From assembly GCA_963815455.1 (NCBI GenBank), contig CAWFGO010000003.1, forward strand, positions 256,001-320,000: a DNA stretch of 64,000 nt, given 5' to 3'. The position numbers were made by a program, and so were the translations under genes. Source of the DNA: an uncultured Verrucomicrobiae bacterium. GTDB lineage: Bacteria > Verrucomicrobiota > Verrucomicrobiia > Chthoniobacterales > UBA10450. Below the pieces are notes generated by a model. It did not search any database, was not told the DNA's origin, and was given only the letters and a program-made list of their open reading frames with translations. Position 1 is the first letter of the stretch; the number at the start of each line of letters is the position of its first letter. This document shows, piece by piece, positions 19,791 through 29,355 of the stretch.

Positions 19791-20591
19791 ATGAATGATC
19801 ACCTGCTTGAAGAATTATTACGGGCTCGCCAAACCCGAACCCTTTGCGCGCTCGCCACCGTCGCCGCGACCACCGGTTCCGTCCCGCGGCAGACCGGATC
19901 AAAAATGCTTGTTTATGGCGACGGGAAGATTTCCGGCACCGTCGGGGGAGGAAAATTCGAGGCGCTCGTAGTCAAAGATTGTCTAAAGAGCATCGCGCAG
20001 AAAGAGCCAGTGCTGAAATCATATCCATTGCGCGAAGACAGGCCCGACTCGTTTGGAGCCATCTGCGGCGGCGAGGTCACTGTCATGATCGAGCCTCAAA
20101 ATCTGAGCACGGCGATTTTTCTGGTGGGCAGCGGACATTGCTCGCTGGCGGTGGCCAAACTCGCTCTCGATTGCGGGATGCATGTCACGGTGATTGACGA
20201 TCGGGCTGATCTCCTGGAAAATTTTCCGCCGCTGGCTCATCGCGTTACAACCGATGCTGCCAAATTCATCTCGAAGAGGAAATGGCATAAAGATGAGGCC
20301 TTGGTCCTCATCAGCCGCAATTACGAACTGGACAGAGACGCGCTGGGCGCCGCTCTCAAAACAAAAGGCGCCGGGTATATCGGGATGATCGGCAGCCGCC
20401 GCAAGGTACTGCGCGTTTTTGATGAACTAAGGAAAGAAGGCGTTAGTCCAAGGCGTCTCAAGGAAATCTACGCGCCGATCGGACTCGACATCGGCGCGGA
20501 TTCGCCTGCGGAGATTGCCGTGAGCGTCATCGCCGAAATTCTCAAAGTGCAACGCAAGCGAAAAGGCGATCACATGAGACTGACGTTGTAG
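19791..20591 (+). CDS. xdhC: XdhC/CoxI family molybdoenzyme maturation protein
   Basis: 'GSVPR', 'GTVGGG', 'CGG', 'YIGMIGSRRK', 'APIGLDIGA'. Confidence 0.88.
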   Translation: MNDHLLEELLRARQTRTLCALATVAATTGSVPRQTGSKMLVYGDGKISGTVGGGKFEALVVKDCLKSIAQKEPVLKSYPLREDRPDSFGAICGGEVTVMIEPQNLSTAIFLVGSGHCSLAVAKLALDCGMHVTVIDDRADLLENFPPLAHRVTTDAAKFISKRKWHKDEALVLISRNYELDRDALGAALKTKGAGYIGMIGSRRKVLRVFDELRKEGVSPRRLKEIYAPIGLDIGADSPAEIAVSVIAEILKVQRKRKGDHMRLTL

Positions 20592-20640
20592 CCGGGGTCG
20601 GTGACCCCGGCCGGACCGGCATCAGCGATGCCGGCTACAG
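20587..20640. repeat. GTAG-type REP doublet supplying the stop codons of both convergent flanking genes
   Basis: tgtagccggggtcggtgaccccggc-cg-gaccggcatcagcgatgccggctaca. Confidence 0.75.
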
Positions 20641-21975
20641 CTCGCCAAACGCGCGGTCCAGAACCTCGAGGAGAAAATCGGCGTCCTGTTCGTTAACGCA
20701 CATCGGCGGCGAAAAACGGATGGTTTGTCCCCATAGGCCACCCTTGCCCAGAAGCAGGCCCATCTCCTTGCAGTTTTCCAAAACCTGCGCGCATTCCTCC
20801 TTGGCCGGTTCCTTTGATTGTCGATCCTTGACCAGCTCGATGCCGAGCATGAGGCCTTTGCCGCGGACGTCGCCGATGAGATTGTGTTTTGCCTTCAGCT
20901 TGTTCAGGCCGGCCAGAAGTCGATTACCGATCTTAAGCGAGTTAGCCTGGAGTTTTTCGCGATCGATCACTTCCAGAACAGCTTTCCCCTGCGCGGACAC
21001 GACCGGATTGCCGCCGAACGTATTGAAATGGATGCGTTGCGCGAGCGCCGCCGCAATCTTCGGTGTAGTCACGACCGCGCCTAACGGACAACCATTGCCG
21101 ATCCCTTTCGCCATGGTCACAATGTCCGGAATCACATCCTGGGTTTCGAATCCCCAGTAATGCGTGCCGGTGCGGCCGAAGCCGGCCTGGACTTCGTCGG
21201 CGATGCACAAGCCACCCGCGCCCCGCACATGCTCGTAGACGTGCTTGAGATAACCGTCCGGAAACACGACGCAGCCACCGACGCCTTGGATTGACTCGGC
21301 AATAAACGCCGCGACCTGACCAGAGGTGGCGAAATCGAGAACATCCTTCACGTCTTTGGCGTATTTCTTCCCGGCCTCGGGATCGTCTCGGCCCCAGGCG
21401 CCGCGATACGGATCAGCGGCGATGGCGTGATGAACGCCGAAACTGTGCGGCACGTTAAACTTCCAGGTGCGATGCGCGGTCAGGCCCATCGTGGCCGCGT
21501 TGCCCCCATGATAGGCATTTCGCAACGCGATGACATCGTAGTTGCCGGTGTAGGCGCGCGCCATCAGCAATGCCAGATCGTTTGCCTCCGAACCCGAATT
21601 AACGAAATAGCAGACCTTCAAATCGCCGGGCATTTTCTCCGCCAGCGCCTGGGCATACTCGGCAACATTCGGATGCAGATAGATCGTGGTGGAATGCTGC
21701 AGCGTTTCGTTTTGCTTGTTTGCAGCAGCGGCAACATGGGGATGACAATGGCCGACGCTTACCGTCACGATTCCGCCAAGCGCATCCAGGTAGCGGCGGC
21801 CTTTCTCGTCCCAGAGGTACTGCATCTTTCCCTCCACGAACATGATCGGCTTCTTGTAATAGAGAAAAATTCCCGGATTCAGGAATTCCTTACGCAACCG
21901 CAACACCTCGTCGGCCGACGGGCCGGTATACTTCTGCGGTTGATGGTCGAACGGTGGAAGGTCAGGTGTTTTCAT
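20635..21975 (-). CDS. Class III aminotransferase, AGXT2/PYD4-like (beta-alanine/alanine-glyoxylate aminotransferase)
   Basis: '[13 protein letters not shown]', 'MAKGIGNG', N-terminal '[15 protein letters not shown]'. Confidence 0.85.
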   Translation of the reverse strand: MKTPDLPPFDHQPQKYTGPSADEVLRLRKEFLNPGIFLYYKKPIMFVEGKMQYLWDEKGRRYLDALGGIVTVSVGHCHPHVAAAANKQNETLQHSTTIYLHPNVAEYAQALAEKMPGDLKVCYFVNSGSEANDLALLMARAYTGNYDVIALRNAYHGGNAATMGLTAHRTWKFNVPHSFGVHHAIAADPYRGAWGRDDPEAGKKYAKDVKDVLDFATSGQVAAFIAESIQGVGGCVVFPDGYLKHVYEHVRGAGGLCIADEVQAGFGRTGTHYWGFETQDVIPDIVTMAKGIGNGCPLGAVVTTPKIAAALAQRIHFNTFGGNPVVSAQGKAVLEVIDREKLQANSLKIGNRLLAGLNKLKAKHNLIGDVRGKGLMLGIELVKDRQSKEPAKEECAQVLENCKEMGLLLGKGGLWGQTIRFSPPMCVNEQDADFLLEVLDRAFGEL

Positions 21976-21983
21976 TTCTTTGT

Positions 21984-22096
21984 TGTCATCCCGGCGAAAA
22001 TGCCAGTCCGGCTCGGACCGAGGGATCCCGTTGCGAAACCGGTCAGCTAGCTTTCACGGGATCCTTCAACTCCGCTTCGCTTCGCTCAGGATGACA
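21984..22096. repeat. Palindrome family C, copy 2 (overlaps NCS1 stop)
   Basis: tgtcatcccggcg...cttcgctcaggatgaca. Confidence 0.8.
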
Positions 22097-23586
22097 TCTT
22101 TTGCGGAAGTTTGCGAACCGATCATGACGTGCAGACCAAGATAAATAACAAATGCCACGGCAAACCCCACAAACCAGGCGTAACTGTACAAGCTCATCCA
22201 AAAAGCGCCGATCGATTCGGCATTGAGCACTTTAATTGTTCCTAAAAATCCGGGGACGCAGGGCGCGATACCGAATACCAGAGCAATGATGGCAGCAATA
22301 TTGAATCCCCCGAAGTATGTGTACTCGCCGCGCGTCTGATACAGACCGGCGAGATTCAGCCGGGTTCGCCGGATGACGAAGTAATCGCAAATCAAGATGC
22401 CGCCGATTGGACCGAGCAGGGCGGAATAACCAATCAGCCAGGTGAAAATGTAGCCGGTCGGGTCCGCCACCAGTTTCCACGGCATCATCACGATGCCGAT
22501 GATTCCGGTGATGAGTCCCCCAGTGCGACGGCTAATGTGACGCGGGGCGAGATTGGAAAAGGAGATCGCAGGCGAAACGACATTGGCTGCCAGGTTCGTT
22601 GTCAGCGTAGCCAGTGTTAAGGCAAACATCGAGATCAGCATTAACACCACGCTATCGAACCTCGACATCAATTCGATCGGGTCCCAAATCGTTTCGCCGA
22701 AGATCACCACGGTCGCGCTCGTCACTGCGACTCCGATGAACGCGTAAAACGGCATCGTCGTATTTAATCCAAGGGCCTGGCCGAGAATCTGATCTTTCTG
22801 ACTGCGGGCCAGCCGCGTGAAGTCCGGAATATTTAATGAAAGCGTTGCCCAGAACCCAACCATGCCGGTCAAACCGGGCACAAAAAATTTCCAGAACTCG
22901 CCGGCGGTTTTGAACTTGGACGGCTGGCTGAGCATCGGCCCGAATCCGTTTGCTTTCAGGTAGGCCCAGATCAGCAGCGCAATGCCGATAAGGATCAGCA
23001 ACGGCGCGCCCCAGTCTTCGACCACGCGAATGCTTTCCATGCCACGCCAGAAGATCCAGACATTGAGCGCCCAAAAAAGCATGAAGCAAATGAACTGGGC
23101 AAGATTAATCCCGAGAAAACCAAGCATCGGCGTATCAGCCAGCGCGGGCATGGCTACGAGTCCCAGTTTGTAAACAGCCCAGCCGCCGATCCACGTTTGG
23201 ATTCCAAACCAGCCGCAGGCAACAATTGCACGCAGAATTGCCGGGATGTTCGCGCCTAAAGTACCGAACGACGCGCGCGCGAAAACAGGAAAGGAAATTC
23301 CGTACTCGGTACCGGCATGGGCGTTTAGGATCATCGGGATCAGCACGATCAAATTCCCCAGAAAAACGGTTAGGATTGCTTCCCACCAATTCATGCCACC
23401 GCTGATCAGACTCGACGCCAGCATGTAAGTGGGAATGCAAACACTCATCCCGATCCAAAGCGCGGCGATGTTCCACGTTGTCCAGGTCCGTTTGTCCGCC
23501 GGGATTGGCGCAAGATCAGCATTATAGAGTTGACCCTGCTCCAGGCCCGACAACGCGGCAGCATCGACATCGGGCGCGGCGTTCAT
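22066..23586 (-). CDS. NCS1 nucleobase:cation symporter
   Basis: 'YNADLAP', 'WFGIQTWIGG', 'NIPDFTR'. Confidence 0.92.
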   Translation of the reverse strand: MNAAPDVDAAALSGLEQGQLYNADLAPIPADKRTWTTWNIAALWIGMSVCIPTYMLASSLISGGMNWWEAILTVFLGNLIVLIPMILNAHAGTEYGISFPVFARASFGTLGANIPAILRAIVACGWFGIQTWIGGWAVYKLGLVAMPALADTPMLGFLGINLAQFICFMLFWALNVWIFWRGMESIRVVEDWGAPLLILIGIALLIWAYLKANGFGPMLSQPSKFKTAGEFWKFFVPGLTGMVGFWATLSLNIPDFTRLARSQKDQILGQALGLNTTMPFYAFIGVAVTSATVVIFGETIWDPIELMSRFDSVVLMLISMFALTLATLTTNLAANVVSPAISFSNLAPRHISRRTGGLITGIIGIVMMPWKLVADPTGYIFTWLIGYSALLGPIGGILICDYFVIRRTRLNLAGLYQTRGEYTYFGGFNIAAIIALVFGIAPCVPGFLGTIKVLNAESIGAFWMSLYSYAWFVGFAVAFVIYLGLHVMIGSQTSAKDVILSEAKRS

Positions 23587-23652
23587 CAGGCGTTGATCGT
23601 GCCCCGCCCGATCCCAGTGCGCAATATCAAAGCGTCCCACGGGCCCGCGCCA

Positions 23653-23738
23653 GGTGGATCGAGCAATCCCTTGCTCGATGTTATTCTGGCGGCGAAGCCG
23701 CATTCGTTTAGCATCGCCCGCGGAGCGGCCGATCCACC
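23653..23738. repeat. REP/MITE-like family A, copy 2
   Basis: ggtggatcgagc...gcggagcggccgatccacc. Confidence 0.85.
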
Positions 23739-23765
23739 TTCAAGAGTGCGCGAGCGCAAAGCGTC

Positions 23766-25046
23766 TTGTCACATCGGCGCAACTTCGATCAAATCAACGC
23801 CGTGCCGTTGCAATTGATCAGCGCGGTCGGACTGGTGTCGATGATTGCCATTGCCTGGGCGATTTCCTCGAGCCGAAAATGCTTTCCCTGGCGCACCGTC
23901 ACCTGGGGTCTGGGCCTGCAGCTGGCCTTTGCCCTGTTCATATTGAAAACTCCATTCGGTCTCGCCCTGTTTGCAGCGGCTCAGCGCCTCATCGATAAGC
24001 TCAACATTTTCGCCATGGAGGGCGCACAGATGGTTTTCGGCCCGCTGGCCAAGGGCGACCTTCTTAAGATCACCTTCGGCGAAGGCCACAATTACATCTT
24101 CGCTGTCTCGATTTCCGCGACCATCATCGTCATCTCCGCTCTTTCGGCGCTGTTTTATCATTGGGGAATCCTCCAGCGCATCGTGCACGCGATGGCCTGG
24201 GTGATGCGGAAAGCGATGCGCACCAGCGGCAGCGAAAGTCTCGGCGCGGCCGGCAATATTTTTCTTGGTCAGACCGAGGCCGCGCTGCTCATCCGGCCGT
24301 ATCTCCCGCGAATGACCATGAGCGAATTGATGGCGCTGATGACAACCGGGATGGCCACCATCGCCAGCGGCGTGATGATCGTTTACGCACAACTCGGCGT
24401 GGATGCCGGGCATTTGCTGACCGCATCGGTGTTGAGCGCGCCCGCCGGTTTGTTGATTGGCAAGATCATGTTTCCCGAGACCGAAGTGAGCGAAACGCGC
24501 AGCAGCGCCTCGGCCGACGTGAAGAAAACCACGGTGAACAGCATCGACGCCCTTTGTCGCGGCGCCGGTGAAGGGATCTGGCTCGCGATCAATGTGCTTG
24601 GAATGTTGATCGCATTCGTGGCCACGGTCGCGCTGGCCAATTATGTCGTCACGAAATTGCAGAACCTGTTTGGCATCACCCAGCCGGTCACGATCCAAAA
24701 CCTGCTCGGGTATCTGAATTGGCCATTCGCGTGGCTGATGGGTATTGCAGCCAGCGACTGCCAGGTCGTTGGACAGGTCCTGGGCGAACGCGTCGTCCTG
24801 AACGAGTTCATCGGTTATCTCTCGCTCTCGCAACAAAAGGCGCAGCTCGATCCGCGGAGCTTTACCATAGCGACCTATGCCCTCTGCGGGTTCGCCAATT
24901 TTTCCAGCATCGCCATTCAAATCGGCGGCATCGGCGCCCTGGCGCCTGAGCGACGCAGCGATCTCGCCCGGCTCGGGCTTCGGGCCATGGTCGGTGGTGT
25001 TCTGGCCTGTTACCTCACCGCGACCGTGGTTGGGATTTTGATTTAG
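23766..25046 (+). CDS. nupC: NupC/CNT family nucleoside transporter
   Basis: 'NIFLGQTEA', 'NEFIGY', 'ALCGFANFSS'; exact start uncertain. Confidence 0.9.
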   Translation: MSHRRNFDQINAVPLQLISAVGLVSMIAIAWAISSSRKCFPWRTVTWGLGLQLAFALFILKTPFGLALFAAAQRLIDKLNIFAMEGAQMVFGPLAKGDLLKITFGEGHNYIFAVSISATIIVISALSALFYHWGILQRIVHAMAWVMRKAMRTSGSESLGAAGNIFLGQTEAALLIRPYLPRMTMSELMALMTTGMATIASGVMIVYAQLGVDAGHLLTASVLSAPAGLLIGKIMFPETEVSETRSSASADVKKTTVNSIDALCRGAGEGIWLAINVLGMLIAFVATVALANYVVTKLQNLFGITQPVTIQNLLGYLNWPFAWLMGIAASDCQVVGQVLGERVVLNEFIGYLSLSQQKAQLDPRSFTIATYALCGFANFSSIAIQIGGIGALAPERRSDLARLGLRAMVGGVLACYLTATVVGILI

Positions 25047-25058
25047 AGCGGTTGGGCC

Positions 25059-25346
25059 ATGCACGTCATCACCAGAAAGCGACTGAACGAGTTTGCCGAG
25101 AAACATCCGGAAGTCACATCATCTCTGGCTCGTTGGTATGCGATAATGCGAAAAGGCCAATTCTCGAACCTCGTGCATTTGCGCGAGACCTTCCCTCACG
25201 CCGATCAAGTCGGTAGGTTCACCGTCTTCAACATCGCTGGTAACAAAGTTCGACTGATTGCCGCGGTGCATTATAATAGGAACAAGATTTACATCCGCCA
25301 CGTGTTGACTCACACGGAGTACGACACCGGCAACTGGAAGAAATAA
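25059..25346 (+). CDS. higB: HigB family toxin
   Basis: 'MHVITRKRL', 'VFNIAGNKVRLIA', 'THTEYD'. Confidence 0.9.
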   Translation: MHVITRKRLNEFAEKHPEVTSSLARWYAIMRKGQFSNLVHLRETFPHADQVGRFTVFNIAGNKVRLIAAVHYNRNKIYIRHVLTHTEYDTGNWKK

Positions 25347-25571
25347 ATGTCTGTCGCAGAACTTAAGAAAGTGACAAAGGCCTGGCCACCCATTTCTCGG
25401 GCGGTGCGCGTGCCTCGCAACGAAGAGGATTACAATGGACTTGTGGAATTGCTCGATTCCGTCACCGACGAGGTCGGCGAAGATGAAAATCATCCGCTCG
25501 CTTCTCTCATGGATGTGCTTGGCGTTCTGATTGAGAAATACGAGGACGAGCGAGTTCCGGAGTTGCAGTAA
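25347..25571 (+). CDS. HigA-type antitoxin N-terminal domain (no HTH)
   Basis: 'NEEDY...HPLASLMDVLGVLIEKYE' followed by stop. Confidence 0.7.
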   Translation: MSVAELKKVTKAWPPISRAVRVPRNEEDYNGLVELLDSVTDEVGEDENHPLASLMDVLGVLIEKYEDERVPELQ

Positions 25572-25665
25572 TAGGAGCGCCACGCAAATCGGCGGGCCGC
25601 TCGCCTGCTATCTTACAGGAACGGTTATTGGGGTGCTCATCTAGAATGTTCTGTCCGCCAGCAAT

Positions 25666-25755
25666 TGTAGGGCGTCTGTGTCAGACGCCATTCGCTCAAA
25701 AGCCGTCTCACCCACCTTCGTCTGGCTACGGCGCGGCAGGCAGAGACGGCCTACA
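25666..25755. repeat. GTAG-type REP doublet with nested small insertion
   Basis: tgtagggcgtctgtgtcagacgcc ... ccgtctc[...]cagagacggcctaca. Confidence 0.7.
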
Positions 25756-25773
25756 ATTTTTTCGCGAGACGCC

Positions 25774-26802
25774 ATGAAAGCTGTTCGCCTTGTTCAACCC
25801 GGACGCCCGCTTGAATTGCAGGATATCCCATTGCCACACACGGGAGATGAAGACGTGTTGGTGCGAATCGCTGCCGCCGGCATCTGTCATTCGGACGCCC
25901 ATTATCGCGCTGGAAAAGCGCGCGTTCATCCCCTGCCGCTGACACTCGGACATGAGGTCGCAGGCATCGTAGAAACCGTCGGTCGGGATGTGAAACACTT
26001 TTGCGTGGGAGATCGGGTTTGTCTCCATTATATGGTCACCTGCGGGAAGTGCGCCTGGTGCGCCAAAGGGAACGATCAATTCTGCGAGACCGGCGCCATG
26101 ATCGGCAAATCGCGCGACGGCGGTTACGCCGAGTTCATCGTTATTCCAGCGCGCAGCGTGTTCGAATTGCCTGATGAAATTCCGTTCGAACACGGAGGGG
26201 TCATGATGTGCTCATCGGCCACGTCATTGCATGCCTTGAAACAGGCAAGGTTGAAGGCAGGCGAATCGGTCGCGGTATTCGGGACCGGCGGACTGGGCCT
26301 ATCCGCCATCCAACTCGCGAAGGCATTGGGTGGCGGTGAAGTCTTCGCCATCGATATCAAAACTAACAAACTCGAGCTGGCGCGATCGTTGGGCGCGGTG
26401 TCTATCGATGCTCGTGCCAACGACCCTGTAAAACTGATCCGCGATCGCACGGACGGACGAGGAGTGGACGTCGCTTTGGAGCTCGTTGGACTCCCTCTAA
26501 CGATGCAACAGGCGGTTCGCTCGCTCGCCATTCACGGGCGCGCCGCGCTGGTCGGCATCACCGACAGAAATTTTGAAGTTTCCCCCTATCACGAGCTGAT
26601 TAATCGTGAAACGGAAATCATTGGAGTGTCCGATCATTTGGCGAGCGAAATTCCGTCGCTACTCGAATTCGCCCGCACCGGAAAACTGGATCTCTCGGGC
26701 GTAGTAACCCATACCATTCCCCTTCAACCGCAAGTCATCAACGACGTGCTCGATCGGCTGGAACACTTTAGCGAGGACGTGCGCGTCGTGATTACGCCCT
26801 AA
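25774..26802 (+). CDS. Zinc-binding alcohol dehydrogenase (MDR family)
   Basis: 'GICHSD', 'GHE', CxxCxxCx7C, 'GTGGLG'. Confidence 0.9.
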   Translation: MKAVRLVQPGRPLELQDIPLPHTGDEDVLVRIAAAGICHSDAHYRAGKARVHPLPLTLGHEVAGIVETVGRDVKHFCVGDRVCLHYMVTCGKCAWCAKGNDQFCETGAMIGKSRDGGYAEFIVIPARSVFELPDEIPFEHGGVMMCSSATSLHALKQARLKAGESVAVFGTGGLGLSAIQLAKALGGGEVFAIDIKTNKLELARSLGAVSIDARANDPVKLIRDRTDGRGVDVALELVGLPLTMQQAVRSLAIHGRAALVGITDRNFEVSPYHELINRETEIIGVSDHLASEIPSLLEFARTGKLDLSGVVTHTIPLQPQVINDVLDRLEHFSEDVRVVITP

Positions 26803-26804
26803 GT

Positions 26805-26943
26805 CTGGAGAGCACAGGCTGCTAACCTGTAGGTCTCGGCAGCTTGCCGAGACCATCTTTGCGCGCTTGGTTCGATCGACAAACGGACAGAATGTTGCCG
26901 GCAGGCTGCCGGCAACTGCAGGCTGGCAGCCTGCGCTCCCCGG
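26805..26943. repeat. REP/MITE-like family B, copy 2
   Basis: ggagagcacaggctgc...gcagcctgcgctcccc. Confidence 0.85.
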
Positions 26944-27056
26944 AACGGGAGACTCAAAAATGAGTGGGCTCGCGGTCGCTCGCCTGCTATCTCTTCGCCG
27001 CCGTTTCACCTCCGACATCGTTGACTCAGGCTGTGCAATGTGTCACAGTGAGTCAC

Positions 27057-27317
27057 ATGAAGCGGGTCTCGATTAGACAGTTACACGAAAAGACCGGGCA
27101 ATGGGTGCGTCTGGCGAAGATGCACGAGCAGATCATCATTACCGAGCGAGGGCGCCCGGTGGCGGCCCTTGCGCCTGTTCGGACGCCCGCCAAAGGGAAC
27201 CGGTTCGAGGCTCGAAAGCTTTTGCCCGCCTACAAAAAACTGCGGGGCAAACTCTCCGGCGGGACTGACAGCGGGACGATTCTATCCGAGGAACGTGATC
27301 GCAACATAGACCGGTGA
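27057..27317 (+). CDS. Phd/YefM family antitoxin
   Basis: 'MKRVSIRQL', 'ITERGRPVA'; stop overlaps the toxin start. Confidence 0.85.
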   Translation: MKRVSIRQLHEKTGQWVRLAKMHEQIIITERGRPVAALAPVRTPAKGNRFEARKLLPAYKKLRGKLSGGTDSGTILSEERDRNIDR

Positions 27318-27742
27318 TTTACTTCGACGCCGCTTACATCGCGAAATTTTATCTCGATGAGCCAGACTCGGATCGGGTCCGGCAACGTGCGGAGAATGCC
27401 GGGGAAATCGCCTGCTGCATCCACGGGAAAGTTGAAGTGCTCACCGTTTTTCATCGGAAGCTTCGCGAGCGCGCTTTCAGTCCAAAGGCTTTTGAAGCGC
27501 TCTGCGAACAGTTCGAGGCCGACTGCGATTCCTCGCTCTGGGAATGGCTGCCGGTGAGCACCGCCTTGGTCGGAAATTTATCGCGGCAGATTCGCAGCCT
27601 TTCTGCTCGCGTTTTCATTCGCGCTTCCGATGCTCTTCATCTGGCATCCGCTGCCGAACAAGGATTTAGGGAAATTTACTCGAACGATCGCCGCCTGCTG
27701 GAAGCCGCGTCCCATTTTGGCCTTCGCGGGCTCAGCGTTTAA
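27314..27742 (+). CDS. vapC: VapC PIN-domain toxin
   Basis: 'IYFDAA', 'RASDALHLA', 'SND'. Confidence 0.88.
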   Translation: MIYFDAAYIAKFYLDEPDSDRVRQRAENAGEIACCIHGKVEVLTVFHRKLRERAFSPKAFEALCEQFEADCDSSLWEWLPVSTALVGNLSRQIRSLSARVFIRASDALHLASAAEQGFREIYSNDRRLLEAASHFGLRGLSV

Positions 27743-27813
27743 AAGCCAGCGCTCTTGAAGCGTTGATCTGCCAACGAGGCGAAGATGTGCGGGTTGTAAT
27801 TATGCCGTGAGTT

Positions 27814-27953
27814 TGGGGAGCACAGGCTGCCAGCCTGTTGATTTCGGCAGCTTGCCGAAATCATCTTTGTTTCACACCTGGCTCGATCAACAATTGGACA
27901 GAATGTTGCCGGCAAGCTGCCGGCAACTGCAGGCTAGCAGCCTGCGCTCCCCA
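27814..27953. repeat. REP/MITE-like family B, copy 3
   Basis: tggggagcacaggctgc...gcctgcgctcccca. Confidence 0.85.
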
Positions 27954-27963
27954 GAACGGGAAT

Positions 27964-29340
27964 TCAAAAATGAGTCGGCTCGCGCTTCAGAAATTTGCCG
28001 CGGCCGAATTCGCCGACAAATTTTCCATCACGCGCCGCTACTTTGCCGCGCACGGTGACGATGTGAGGTCGGCCTTCAATCTCGAATCCTTCAAACGAAT
28101 TGTAATCGAGATTCATCTGATGAGTCTTCGCTGAAATCTTTCCGCGATAACTTGGATCGTAAACGACAAGATCAGCGTCGCTGCCGATTTGAATCGCGCC
28201 TTTGCGCGGGAACAGTCCGAACAGTTTCGCAGCTTGCGTGCTCGCGGTATCAACGAAACGCTGGATGTCGATCTTCCCGGTTTTCACGCCGCGCGTGAAA
28301 TAGAGATTTACTCGATCTTCCAGAGATGGAATCCCGTTTGGGATTTTGGTGAAATCGTCTTTGCCCATTTGTTTTTGGGTAAAATCGAAAGGCGCGTGAT
28401 CGGTCGCCAGGGTCGAGACTGAACCGTCCGCCAGCGCTTTCCAAAATATTTCCTGGTTCTTCTTATCGCGCAGCGGCGGCGACATCACATTCTTTGCGCC
28501 TTCGAAATTCGGTTCGGCCGCGGTCCGATCGAGCAGCAGATATTGAATCAGGGTCTCGATCCAGACATTCACCCCACGCTCCCGGCCCCGGATCGCTTCG
28601 CGTAATGCCTCCTCGCAGCTGGTGTGCACGGTGTAAACATGAGCACCGGTCATTTCTGCGAACGTCATTAAGTGATGCACGCCTTCCGCCTCCACTACCG
28701 GCGGCCGGCTCCAATAATGAAATTCCGGGCCGGTTTTTCTCTCGGACAAAAGCTTCTTTTGTAGCTCCGCAACCAAGTCTGCGTTTTCACAATGGGCCGT
28801 GACAATAACGCCGAGCTTCTTTGCCAGCGTCAGGGTTGCATAAAGTTCTTCATCGGTTATGCCGAACGCGCCTTTGTAAGCGAGAAAGATTTTAAAGCTG
28901 CTATTCCCGCGGTGGACAATCTCTCGAAAATCTTGTTCGGCCTCGTTGTCATAGCGGGTCACGCCCATGTGAAACGTGAAATCGCAGGCACTTTTGCCTT
29001 CCGCTTTGCCCAGCCACAGCTCGAACGCTTCCAGCGGCTTCTCATTGCGGGCCGGGCAAACCATCTCAATAAAAGTTGTCGTTCCACCGACTAACGCGGC
29101 CCGGCTCGCCGTTTCGTGTGTGTCCTTGGCGTAGGTGCCCATGAACGGCAGATAGATGTGCACGTGCGGATCGACAAACCCCGGGAAAACAAATTTCCCT
29201 TTTGCATCGATCACTTCGTCGGCTTTGACGTTGTCGATTTTGGGCTCGATGCGCGTGATCGTTTCGTTCTCGCAGAAGATGTCGGCGACGTATTTTTCGT
29301 CCGACGTAATAATCTCACCATTCTTAATCAAAAGTGACAT
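27964..29340 (-). CDS. hydA: Dihydropyrimidinase
   Basis: 'DPHVH', 'SFKIFLAYK', 'MSPPLR', 'TDHAPF', 'IPNG'. Confidence 0.93.
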   Translation of the reverse strand: MSLLIKNGEIITSDEKYVADIFCENETITRIEPKIDNVKADEVIDAKGKFVFPGFVDPHVHIYLPFMGTYAKDTHETASRAALVGGTTTFIEMVCPARNEKPLEAFELWLGKAEGKSACDFTFHMGVTRYDNEAEQDFREIVHRGNSSFKIFLAYKGAFGITDEELYATLTLAKKLGVIVTAHCENADLVAELQKKLLSERKTGPEFHYWSRPPVVEAEGVHHLMTFAEMTGAHVYTVHTSCEEALREAIRGRERGVNVWIETLIQYLLLDRTAAEPNFEGAKNVMSPPLRDKKNQEIFWKALADGSVSTLATDHAPFDFTQKQMGKDDFTKIPNGIPSLEDRVNLYFTRGVKTGKIDIQRFVDTASTQAAKLFGLFPRKGAIQIGSDADLVVYDPSYRGKISAKTHQMNLDYNSFEGFEIEGRPHIVTVRGKVAARDGKFVGEFGRGKFLKREPTHF

Positions 29341-29355
29341 GAAAGAGAGTGCCCC

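Noticed and set aside
23769..25106. 445-aa ORF antisense to nupC and other long shadow ORFs (e.g. 31451..32587, 52737..53729)
   Set aside because: They lie opposite well-supported genes, as expected in GC-rich DNA, and have no motifs.
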